NCBI GenBank assembly: GCA_029571125.1
Contig: JAKPTH010000501.1
Span: forward strand, 1-55,615
Direction: 5' to 3'
From: a bacterium
Lineage (GTDB): Bacteria; Muiribacteriota; UBA9980
DNA length: 55,615 bases
The translations under genes were made by a program, and so were the position numbers. Every line of letters begins with the position of its first letter. Position 1 is the stretch's first letter. Under the pieces are notes generated by a model that searched no databases, was not told the origin of the DNA, and worked only from the letters and a program-made list of their open reading frames with translations. Positions 15,819-24,393 of the stretch are shown in pieces.

Positions 15819-16835
15819 TTATCTGCTTCGCAAATGTTTGAATTTAGTATCTTCCCTGAAATCGCAATCGACGCAGTCGTCTTTTATGGGCACGTAGCTC
15901 TGGTTAGCCGCGCGTCCTGAAGCCGGAGCCAGATATAAAACCTGGTTATGGCCGAGCATATCACCAATGGTAGCTTCCACTTCGACCAGGCGGGCGGTCT
16001 GGTCTTTAGTCTGGCAGGGCGTCGCGAAAATTATCTTGTAATAAGTTTTAAAGCTCTGCACTATTTGTTTAAAGAGGCGTGAAAGTTCGTAAGGCGAAGG
16101 CGCGTAGTAGTATGTGCCTTCGGTTTCGTTAGCGAGCGCGGAAAGTATATTTTCATTAAAATCTTTTCCGATTCCGATTACATATATGGGCACTTCGACC
16201 TGTTTAGCGTGCGCCAGGACTTCTTCAAGAGTATGTCTGGAAAAAGGTTTTGAGCCGGAATAGCTTTCGTCCTTGCCGTCGGTGAAAAGAACGATGGCTT
16301 TTTTGCCTTCCACGATCGCGCATTTATTGATGGCGGTAAAAAGGCTGTCGTATAAAAGCGTGCCGCCGCGGGCGCGCATCTGAAACACCGCGTTTGAAAG
16401 GGCGTATTTATCGTTAGTAAAGTCCTGTAAAACGGAAGTTTTATTATTGAAAGTCAGTATCGAGCATTTATCGGTCGGATCGAGGCCTTTGATAAATGTG
16501 AACGCGGCGCGCTGAAGTTCGGCCATATCTTTTTTCATGGAAGCGGAGTTATCCAGGCATAAAACGATGTGCATATTCTTGAGCGACGATTCAACCACGA
16601 ACGAATCGAGTTTAAAGCGGTTTTCGGCTACGGCAAAGTTGGATTCGGTAAGGTTTCTGTAATATGCGCCGTCGCGGTCGGTAACCGTTACATAAGCCTG
16701 TATTACGGGAAATTTAGAAGCGTCGAGCGATTTGATATTGAGATCGAGCTTCAGGTCTTCGCGCGCGAAAGCCGGATTAATCGTTAAAACGGTCAAGAAA
16801 ACTACAATTGTAAGTAAAATGATTTTTTTAGACAT
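15819..16835 (-). CDS. secreted von Willebrand factor A domain protein
   Basis: Signal peptide IILLTIVVFLTVLTINPAFA; MIDAS motif LCLDNSASMKKD; FTDGKD; SD AAGGAGA. Confidence 0.75.
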   Translation of the reverse strand: MSKKIILLTIVVFLTVLTINPAFAREDLKLDLNIKSLDASKFPVIQAYVTVTDRDGAYYRNLTESNFAVAENRFKLDSFVVESSLKNMHIVLCLDNSASMKKDMAELQRAAFTFIKGLDPTDKCSILTFNNKTSVLQDFTNDKYALSNAVFQMRARGGTLLYDSLFTAINKCAIVEGKKAIVLFTDGKDESYSGSKPFSRHTLEEVLAHAKQVEVPIYVIGIGKDFNENILSALANETEGTYYYAPSPYELSRLFKQIVQSFKTYYKIIFATPCQTKDQTARLVEVEATIGDMLGHNQVLYLAPASGRAANQSYVPIKDDCVDCDFREDTKFKHLRSR

Positions 16836-16995
16836 TAATTTTCTCCTTAGTGAAATAGTTTATTATTAAAAATTTACTGACTATATTATAAAACCTTAAG
16901 ACATGATATCGGCAAAAAAATTGAAGCGTTTAATTTAAAGTTAAACAACACATGAAATGAGTTTTATGTAAAAATGCGGTATTTGTCCACATATA

Positions 16996-17025
16996 TTGAC
17001 AAACCTGGCATTTTTAAATTATAAT
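16996..17025 (+). promoter_or_regulatory. sigma70-type promoter for the CHAP-like gene pair
   Basis: TTGACA (16996-17001), an 18-nt spacer, then TATAAT (17020-17025). Confidence 0.55.
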
Positions 17026-17088
17026 TTTAATGATAGATATTTTTTATTCCGGCATTACTTATCAAATCTATAAATCGAGGTGTTGCCT

Positions 17089-17724
17089 ATGTTACGGTCC
17101 CGTATATGTCTTTTTTTGATCGCCTTATCGATAATTATTTTTCCGCTCGGCTACCTTTCGGCCCAAAACTCGGTCGAAGACCTGAGCCGCAACATCAATG
17201 CCGACGGCATCTCTACCTCTCCCGGTAGCGGCGCCCGCTCGTCTACAACGCCGAACGGCGGCGGCGCGGCTGGAAACGCGGCTTCCGAACAGCAGAACAG
17301 CGGCGCAATGGGAAACGCGGCTTCCGGCGTCAGCATTAAAAATGTGCTCGATACCGCGAGACTTTACGTTAATAACCGCAATTTCCACACTCCCGCCAGC
17401 TGGCGGATCACGCAGCAGGGCAACGTCGCCTGCGCTTACTTCGTATCTTATGTTCTGAAAAAAGCCGGCGTGATCTCGGAGATCGAATATTACGCCCCGA
17501 CGCTCGTCAAGAAACTACTCGCCACCGGAAAATTTGAAAAGGTAAGGGTTCCGCCCTTCAAATCCGGCGATATAATCACATGGTGGGGAGAGGGCCACAT
17601 AGGTTTTGTCGCCGAGGACGGCCGCTCCATCGATAATTCCTCCAGCGCCGGATGCCCTAAAACGCGCTCTATTGAAACTCTCGGTCCCGCAGACCGCTAC
17701 GCGCTAAGGCCGAAATACCAATAA
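17089..17724 (+). CDS. secreted CHAP / NlpC-P60 superfamily (papain-fold) protein, probable cell-wall amidase/peptidase
   Basis: Start moved to ATG 17089 (GAGG 8 nt upstream). Signal peptide, a G/A/S/N low-complexity linker, then QGNVACAYFVSYVL (Cys) ... GDIITWWGEGHIGFV (His) ... IDNSS. Confidence 0.55.
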   Translation: MLRSRICLFLIALSIIIFPLGYLSAQNSVEDLSRNINADGISTSPGSGARSSTTPNGGGAAGNAASEQQNSGAMGNAASGVSIKNVLDTARLYVNNRNFHTPASWRITQQGNVACAYFVSYVLKKAGVISEIEYYAPTLVKKLLATGKFEKVRVPPFKSGDIITWWGEGHIGFVAEDGRSIDNSSSAGCPKTRSIETLGPADRYALRPKYQ

Positions 17725-17755
17725 AGCATTATTTTTATATAATAAGGGTGGTCTT

Positions 17756-18475
17756 ATGAAAAATATCTTACTTCTTATATTTGTCTTTATTATTCTTGGC
17801 GCGAACGCCGCGTATGCCCAGTCTGATTTCGACTTCAACAAGGTAAAAAAGGACGGCGACCTCTTCGAGGAACGCTCTATAGATCTCGACCGCGACGGCA
17901 CGCCAGAAAAAGTGGCGCTCATCGCATACGGCATAAAATCGGATAGCGAAGAGATAATCAGCTACTGCGGCCAGCTTGTCGTAATGAAAAATAACGGCGG
18001 CAAAACGGAAACTATCTGGTCGGGGCCTAAATACAAAGAAGAAGAAATATTCAACAAAAACGAGTTCCGCTTCGTATTCGCCGGCTTCGGCCTGGAGCCG
18101 ATAGAAGCGCTGGGCGATATTTTCGGCGACAGCTCCGCGGTCCTTCTCTCGCCGCGCGCGCAGTCGGACGTAAGGCCTTCCACCTACAGGGTTTATGCCT
18201 GGAAGAACGGCGCCTTCTCATTCGTAAGATCGCAGGCCCTGCTGCGCGACGAAAAAGACGGCGACAAATTTAACTGGAAAGACGCGCCAGAAGGCGAGAT
18301 CGAAAAACGCGCCTGGATCGGAAAGTTCAATAAGATAAACGCTCCCGGAGAGTCCGAGGCCGAAATATGGGCCTATGAAAAGGGCAAGGTCATGATCGGA
18401 AAAGCTGTTTTAAAAGCAACGCCGGACGGCTTCGGCGTAACAAAATGGATCGAGCCTCTAAAAGCGGTCGAGTAG
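17756..18475 (+). CDS. secreted protein of unknown function, co-transcribed with the CHAP-like gene
   Basis: Signal peptide ILLLIFVFIILGANAAYA; SD AAGGGTGG; 31-nt gap to the upstream gene. Confidence 0.55.
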   Translation: MKNILLLIFVFIILGANAAYAQSDFDFNKVKKDGDLFEERSIDLDRDGTPEKVALIAYGIKSDSEEIISYCGQLVVMKNNGGKTETIWSGPKYKEEEIFNKNEFRFVFAGFGLEPIEALGDIFGDSSAVLLSPRAQSDVRPSTYRVYAWKNGAFSFVRSQALLRDEKDGDKFNWKDAPEGEIEKRAWIGKFNKINAPGESEAEIWAYEKGKVMIGKAVLKATPDGFGVTKWIEPLKAVE

Positions 18476-18542
18476 GGACCGTGACGATCCATTATGAGAT
18501 AATGAATTTTTAGTTGAAGACGCATCGCCTTCGGGTTCCGGT

Positions 18543-19655
18543 CTATTTCAGCCCCCTGAAGATCAAGGTTAATTGTTCAACTGTCCGGCGCCATTCCTGC
18601 CGGATGGGCTTGATCATATCGGCTCTCTTTCTGGCGATCTCGAGAGACGCCGGTTTCGAGGTAGAGTACATGTAGTGGCTATATGCGATGAAACCGTCGG
18701 CCAGAACATAAGATCCTCCGTAGTTCGGCGGCAGGTTCCACCAGGATTGGACTTTAGGCGGAGCGACGGACAGGTCGGGTATTTTCTGGAAAGGGCGGAC
18801 CAGCCTGGCTCCGGGAAGATCGGCGAAGCGCAGGGCGCGATGTCCGATCTCGGTGCAGTACAATTTCACGGGGGGTATCGCCATATCAACCTTTACGTTT
18901 CCCGCCCGGTCGCGAACTATGCCGCGCTCTATCTCATCCACACGAAAAGCCGGGTCGTATTCGGTTCTGAGGATGACGTGATATGCGAGATACTTGCGGA
19001 TAAGTGCGCGGCGGGAGTCGTCGATATTTTGCGGCCGAAGCAGTATGAGAGCCTTCGTGCAGGCGTTTTGCGCCGGAAACATCATATAATCGCGAAATTC
19101 CATGGCCATTATACGCAAACCCTTCGCCTCGAGAAGAAACTCCGGGGCCACTACATATAAACCGTTTGGATCTATAAACGCATCCTTTTGCCAGAGTTCG
19201 ACTACCCTCTTCGGGTTCAGTGCGAGACTGCGTTTTCCCATGCGGTAAATCGCCGGAGCGCGCATTCTGACGTCCAGAGCCCTGACCTCGGCCGCTCCCG
19301 CGATAAGGTCGGCCCCGGTGATCACCATTCCGGCATGGACGTATTTCATATCGGGAACAACAGCTCCAAAAACAGCATGAAACTGGGGAAAAGCCTGATT
19401 GTTCTCGATGACGATGTCGCCGGTGCGGGCAAGGCGGGTAACCAGATCGAGATCGAAAGGCATAACGGGCGGGTCCTGCATCGGATTGATTATAGTGTCG
19501 CCGATGCGCTGGATCGGACCTGTCACGAACATCTCGAGCATCGTTTCCTCCTCGGAGGATGCGGCCAGAGCGTTAAAGCAGGCCTGCGCACAGAAAAACG
19601 AAACAAGCGTCAGAACGATCGAAAACAGTATAGCGCCGCGTGAGCGATTTGTCAT
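18543..19655 (-). CDS. secreted protein with permuted papain-like (YaeF/YiiX, C92-like) motif order
   Basis: Signal peptide AILFSIVLTLVSFFCAQACFNALA. TGDIVIEN...KYVHAGMVITG (His first), then KLYCTEIGHRAL (Cys later). SD AAGGAG. Confidence 0.4.
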   Translation of the reverse strand: MTNRSRGAILFSIVLTLVSFFCAQACFNALAASSEEETMLEMFVTGPIQRIGDTIINPMQDPPVMPFDLDLVTRLARTGDIVIENNQAFPQFHAVFGAVVPDMKYVHAGMVITGADLIAGAAEVRALDVRMRAPAIYRMGKRSLALNPKRVVELWQKDAFIDPNGLYVVAPEFLLEAKGLRIMAMEFRDYMMFPAQNACTKALILLRPQNIDDSRRALIRKYLAYHVILRTEYDPAFRVDEIERGIVRDRAGNVKVDMAIPPVKLYCTEIGHRALRFADLPGARLVRPFQKIPDLSVAPPKVQSWWNLPPNYGGSYVLADGFIAYSHYMYSTSKPASLEIARKRADMIKPIRQEWRRTVEQLTLIFRGLK

Positions 19656-19907
19656 TTTATCACTCCTTGATTTTAAGCCTCAAAACTGAATATTCTCATA
19701 AAATCGTTTTACTTCATTATATTATATCAAAAAAAAACGTATTAATAAATATAAACCCTCACATTGTCGCATTTATACTACAAATAAAGGCGATTGGCCG
19801 TTGACACTACGACGTCGATTTGATAGCATGTATTTACCGGCGAATATTTCAGTGCCGTGACAGGCCATTATTCAAAACTATACCGGCATAGAGAAAGTGA
19901 GTGTATT

Positions 19908-20705
19908 GTGAAAAAAACTACGGCGTTATTCCTTTGTATTCTGTCCGTTATTATATCGGTATTACCCTCGGCGGCTGAAGCCTTCGAAAATTCGCGGTTC
20001 AAGTCAGAAACTCTTTTTAGCGGCCGCGACTACAAGCGTCTTTCGTTAGCCGAACAAGAAAAATTCGAAACGGCATATAGAAAAGCAGCAGAACCTCTTT
20101 CACCGGCGCGCCTTATCGACCCAGAAGTTACTCGCGCAAATATATTCGAGTGTTATAGCTGTCTGGCCGAAGAAAAAAATCTCCAAATTATAATGCGCGA
20201 ATGCTTTTCAGCTGGAGCAGGACTGACCGTTTGGGCGCGCCATAAAAAAGGCTCATCTTACAACATATCCGCAGTAATAACGGTCCCGGCCGAAAATCAA
20301 GATTTCATAAATATTCTCACAAAAAAACATTCGGCTAAAAAACTCGGCAAGGCTTCACTGCGAATTAAAATCAGCTGCGGAGCCGATTCCGGTCATACCG
20401 CCAATCTCGAGTCAGAATCGACTATCATTCTTGATTATAAGGAATGCAACGCCGTCGTCTGGTCAATAAAAGACATTCACATGGGATATGAAACCGGCCT
20501 CGAAACTGTTTTAAAAAAATACTTTCCCGAATGCCTTGAAAAGACTTCTATAATAGATCCCGAAGGAGTTTCCGAAAATTCTCGCATTCTGGTAGCGCCC
20601 AGGCTGACCATAGATATGAGAGCAGTGAATGACGAAGGGCATAATCATGACGATTCTCTTTATTATGGCGAGCTGAAGTTCGATACAATCAAATACGAAA
20701 AATAA
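19908..20705 (+). CDS. secreted protein of unknown function
   Basis: ORF 19857..20705; start moved to GTG 19908 so the product begins VKKTTALFLCILSVIISVLPSAAEA (signal peptide). Confidence 0.45.
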   Translation: MKKTTALFLCILSVIISVLPSAAEAFENSRFKSETLFSGRDYKRLSLAEQEKFETAYRKAAEPLSPARLIDPEVTRANIFECYSCLAEEKNLQIIMRECFSAGAGLTVWARHKKGSSYNISAVITVPAENQDFINILTKKHSAKKLGKASLRIKISCGADSGHTANLESESTIILDYKECNAVVWSIKDIHMGYETGLETVLKKYFPECLEKTSIIDPEGVSENSRILVAPRLTIDMRAVNDEGHNHDDSLYYGELKFDTIKYEK

Positions 20706-20726
20706 AGCAAGACGAACCATGAGCTA

Positions 20727-20820
20727 AAAGGGATTTTAAGAGAAGGGAGGGGGGTTTTTGCCCCTCTCTTCTCTTATCCAAAAAAATATTTTATTTTTTT
20801 ATACACACAAAATGAAAAAG
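20727..20820 (+). repeat. copy B of the ~90-nt conserved hairpin element (copy A at 895-986)
   Basis: AAGGGATTtTAAGaGAAGGGAGGGG; stem 20737-20752 pairs with 20761-20776 (16 bp, one G-T). Then CTTATCCAAAAA, then ACAAAATGAAAA 31 nt after the stem. The stem change G->A is matched by C->T in the partner arm. Confidence 0.6.
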
Positions 20821-20842
20821 AGCCTATTTTGTCATTAAATGC

Positions 20843-20871
20843 TTTACAATTAAAAACCGCTATTGTATAAT
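20843..20871 (+). promoter_or_regulatory. sigma70-type promoter placing the TSS on the pepM start codon (leaderless)
   Basis: TTTACA (20843-20848), a 17-nt spacer, then TATAAT (20866-20871). ATG 20879 starts 7 nt after the -10 box, with no SD. Confidence 0.55.
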
Positions 20872-20878
20872 TACGATT

Positions 20879-22474
20879 ATGGAAAAAACTCTTGCGCTTA
20901 AAAATTTAATAACTTCTCCGGGGCTCGAATTCATTATGGAAGCCCATAACGGGATATCGTCAAAAATAGTTGAAGAGGCCGGATTCAAGGGTATCTGGGC
21001 GAGCAGCCTTTCTATTTCGGCGTCGCTCGGAGTGCGCGACAACAACGAAGCGTCGTGGACGCAGATACTCGAAATACTGGATTTTATGAATGATTCGGTC
21101 GAAATACCCATTTTATTCGACGGCGATACGGGTTACGGCAATTTCAATAACGTGCGGCGGCTCGTAAAAAAGCTCGAACAGATAAATATCGCCGGGATAT
21201 GCATCGAAGATAAAATTTTTCCAAAAACCAATTCATTCATAAGAAGCGAAACGCAGCCGTTAGCCTCCATAGAGGAATTTTGCGGCAAAATCAAGGCCGC
21301 GTGCGATGTGAGGCGCGACAAAAACTTCACGGTCGTGGCCCGCACCGAGGCGTTTATAGCCGGATACGGCCTGGAGGAAGCGCTTAAGCGCGCCGAAGCA
21401 TACAGGGAAGCCGGGGCGGACGCCATACTGGTCCACAGCAAAAAATCCAACCCTTCCGATATAGAAGCGTTTATGAAAAACTGGGGCGAAAAGCTGCCAG
21501 TTATAATAGTGCCGACCAAATATTACTCGACCCCGACCGAAGTTTTTAAAGATTTAAAGATAAGCCTTATAATATGGGCAAACCATATGATCCGCTCCGC
21601 CGTTACAAATATGCAGAAAATCGCCGCGCGAGTTTATTCGGACAAAAGCCTTATCAACGTAGAAGACCAGATAGCTTCGGTGGCGGAGCTTTTTAGATTA
21701 CAGGGCGACGAAGAGCTGCGCGAGGCCGAAAAAAAATATCTTCCGGCCGCGGGCAAAAACTTCAACGCCGTGGTTCTCGCCGCAAGCCGCGGCAATCTTG
21801 GAGAATTGACCGAATCCATTCCTAAAACGCTCATACACATAGACGGAAAGCCTATACTTTTCAATATAATAGACAACTTCAACCAGACCGGTATAAAAGA
21901 TATAACGGTGGTGCGCGGCTTTGCAAAAGACAAAATAAAAGCTCAAAACGTCAATTTTATTGATAACGATGAATACGGCAGCACCAGCGAGCTCTATTCG
22001 CTTTACCTCGCGCTCGGCGTAATTCGTGAAAACACCATAATTTGCTATGGCGATATAGTTTTTAAAAGCTATATTTTAAACGAATTGATCAACGACCCCG
22101 GCGGCATAACTATAGTGGCGGACGCCGATTACGAATACGACGGCACTCCCCGCTTCGACTATGTCAAAACAAGCGCGGCATATTCGAAAAAACTGTATTC
22201 GCAGAGCGTAAATTTTATAAAAATGTCGCCTGAGCTTCCAAAAGAAGAAATCGGCGGAGAATTTATAGGACTTATCAAAGTGAGCGGAGAAGGCGCAGCC
22301 GCAATGCGCGAATGCATAAAATCAATGAGCCGCAGTGAAAATTTCAAGAAGCTTGGAATGCAGGACCTCCTCGATGAACTTGCAAAAAGAATGCCCGTCC
22401 TTGTTAAGTTTATAAAAGGTTCGTGGTTGAACGTAAATAACGTAATAGATCTGCAGAAAAGCGTAAATTTGTAA
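20879..22474 (+). CDS. pepM: phosphoenolpyruvate phosphomutase fused to a LicC/PntC-like nucleotidyltransferase domain
   Basis: The N-terminal ~290 aa carry [34 protein letters not shown] and the PepM signature EDKX5NS ([12 protein letters not shown]). The C-terminal ~240 aa carry [32 protein letters not shown] (NTP-transferase G-loop). Confidence 0.85.
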   Translation: MEKTLALKNLITSPGLEFIMEAHNGISSKIVEEAGFKGIWASSLSISASLGVRDNNEASWTQILEILDFMNDSVEIPILFDGDTGYGNFNNVRRLVKKLEQINIAGICIEDKIFPKTNSFIRSETQPLASIEEFCGKIKAACDVRRDKNFTVVARTEAFIAGYGLEEALKRAEAYREAGADAILVHSKKSNPSDIEAFMKNWGEKLPVIIVPTKYYSTPTEVFKDLKISLIIWANHMIRSAVTNMQKIAARVYSDKSLINVEDQIASVAELFRLQGDEELREAEKKYLPAAGKNFNAVVLAASRGNLGELTESIPKTLIHIDGKPILFNIIDNFNQTGIKDITVVRGFAKDKIKAQNVNFIDNDEYGSTSELYSLYLALGVIRENTIICYGDIVFKSYILNELINDPGGITIVADADYEYDGTPRFDYVKTSAAYSKKLYSQSVNFIKMSPELPKEEIGGEFIGLIKVSGEGAAAMRECIKSMSRSENFKKLGMQDLLDELAKRMPVLVKFIKGSWLNVNNVIDLQKSVNL

Positions 22475-22532
22475 ATTTTAAATAATTACTTTAATTTAAT
22501 TTCGCCCAAAAGGCAAGCCGGGAAATTCGATT

Positions 22533-23699
22533 ATGATAAACACACCGCAATTCGGCGGCGCTCTTAAAAATGAGGGGTTCAACTTTTTCAGCGGAGTGCC
22601 GTGCTCATACCTTAAATATTTCATAAATTACGCCCTTAACGAATGCGACTATGTTATGGCCGCAAATGAGGGCGACGCCGCGGCCATTTGCGCCGGAGCT
22701 TATATGGGAGGGCGCCTGCCCGTTTTTATCTGCCAGAATTCAGGTCTCACTAACGCGGTTTCGCCGCTCACATCGCTCAATTATATATTCAGGATACCGC
22801 TTCTAGGCTTCGTAAGCCTGAGGGGCGCAAGCGGCTGCCCCGACGAGCCGCAGCACGAGCTTATGGGTGAAATAACCGGCGGGCTTCTCGATTTAATGAA
22901 AATAAAATGGGATTATCTTTCCGGCGAAGAAACTTTGTGGCGTAAGCAGCTTTTAAACGCCGCCGAAACAGTTAAAAGCGGCGAAACGTATTTTTTCGTG
23001 GTTAAAAAAAATACTTTCGGCGAAGTGAAATTAAAAGAAAAAAGGCGGCCTGCCGCAAATCTATCAAAAAATATATTGATCGGCCAAACCGGCGCGGTTT
23101 GTGAAGATAATAAAGACGAAACCCTTTATGCCGCAAGAATAGAAGCCATAAAAACAATCGCCGGGCGCTGCGGGCCCGAAACCGTATTGATAGCCGCCAC
23201 CGGCATGACGGGCCGCGAGCTTTACGACCTTGGCGACAGGGTCAATAATTTTTATATGGTAGGCTCGATGGGTTGCGCCGGCTCTATAGGATTGGGCCTG
23301 GCCCTTTGCCGGCCCGAACGGAAAATAGCCGTCATAGACGGCGACGGCGCGCTTCTGATGAGAATGGGGTCTATGGCCACAGCGGGATATTACTCGCCGG
23401 CCAATATGCTTCACGTGCTTTTAGACAACCGTTCGCACGCTTCTACCGGCGGGCAGTTCACCGTTTCGCCGTCGGTGGATTTTGCTGCCGCGGCGCATAG
23501 CTGCGGATATAAACGCTCGATCGCCGCGGAAAATCTTGAAGCTCTCGCGAAGTATATCGAAGAATGGAAACGCTCTCCAGAACTTACTTTCATACATTTA
23601 AGAATAAGCGAAAGCATCGCCGCGGAAGCGGGCCGGCCCGCCATAAAGCCTTTTGAAGTAAAAGAACGGCTCATGAAATTTCTTTCCGGCGGATTTTAA
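22533..23699 (+). CDS. ppd: phosphonopyruvate decarboxylase (ThDP-dependent)
   Basis: ThDP motif IDGDGALLMRMGSMAT...LLDN; size and position directly after pepM. Confidence 0.8.
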   Translation: MINTPQFGGALKNEGFNFFSGVPCSYLKYFINYALNECDYVMAANEGDAAAICAGAYMGGRLPVFICQNSGLTNAVSPLTSLNYIFRIPLLGFVSLRGASGCPDEPQHELMGEITGGLLDLMKIKWDYLSGEETLWRKQLLNAAETVKSGETYFFVVKKNTFGEVKLKEKRRPAANLSKNILIGQTGAVCEDNKDETLYAARIEAIKTIAGRCGPETVLIAATGMTGRELYDLGDRVNNFYMVGSMGCAGSIGLGLALCRPERKIAVIDGDGALLMRMGSMATAGYYSPANMLHVLLDNRSHASTGGQFTVSPSVDFAAAAHSCGYKRSIAAENLEALAKYIEEWKRSPELTFIHLRISESIAAEAGRPAIKPFEVKERLMKFLSGGF

Positions 23700-23700
23700 A

Positions 23701-24393
23701 ATGAAAATAGCTTTAATTTCAGATATACATTCAAATCTGGAAGCGCTGCTGGCCGTCGTAAAAAGCGCAAAAGAAGCCGGCGCGCAATCTTTTTTCTGCC
23801 TCGGCGATATAGTCGGCTACGGCGCTAACCCGAACGAGTGTATCGAATTATTATCGTCGCTGGACATATCGGGAACAGTCCTCGGCAATCACGATATAGC
23901 TTCGCTGAACAAAGATTTTTCCAGGTTCGGCACCGAACACGGCGCGCACGCTATAAAATGGACGGCCGATAATTTAAAACCGGCCTCGCGGGCTTTTTTA
24001 GAAAAATATATGAACGCGCCTAATTTTTATCCCGGATTAGATTTTGCCGCCTTTCACGGCGGACCGCAAAACCCTTATTGGCAATATATTTTTCCCGACC
24101 GGCCGGCGGCGGAAATCGCCGGAAATTTTTCGCAAGTCGATTATAAAACTATATTCGTAGGGCATTCCCATCTTCAATTCCGCTTCATAAGCGGAGAAAA
24201 AAATATATACAATCCCGGAAGCGTTGGTCAGCCCAGAAACGGCGACCCGCGCGCTCATTATATGATATTCGATTCGGAAAGTAAAAGATGCATGTTCTTA
24301 ACGGCAGAATACGATATTTCGGCCGCAGCCGAAAAGATTAAAAAGGCGGGATTGAGCTTATTTCTGGCTCAAAGACTATTTCTTGGAATTTAA
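23701..24393 (+). CDS. calcineurin-like metallophosphoesterase (YfcE/MJ0936-type)
   Basis: DIHSN, GDIVGYG, GNHD and GHSH motifs. The start codon lies 1 nt after the ppd stop. The 3' end overlaps the convergent GT9 gene by 18 nt. Confidence 0.8.
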   Translation: MKIALISDIHSNLEALLAVVKSAKEAGAQSFFCLGDIVGYGANPNECIELLSSLDISGTVLGNHDIASLNKDFSRFGTEHGAHAIKWTADNLKPASRAFLEKYMNAPNFYPGLDFAAFHGGPQNPYWQYIFPDRPAAEIAGNFSQVDYKTIFVGHSHLQFRFISGEKNIYNPGSVGQPRNGDPRAHYMIFDSESKRCMFLTAEYDISAAAEKIKKAGLSLFLAQRLFLGI

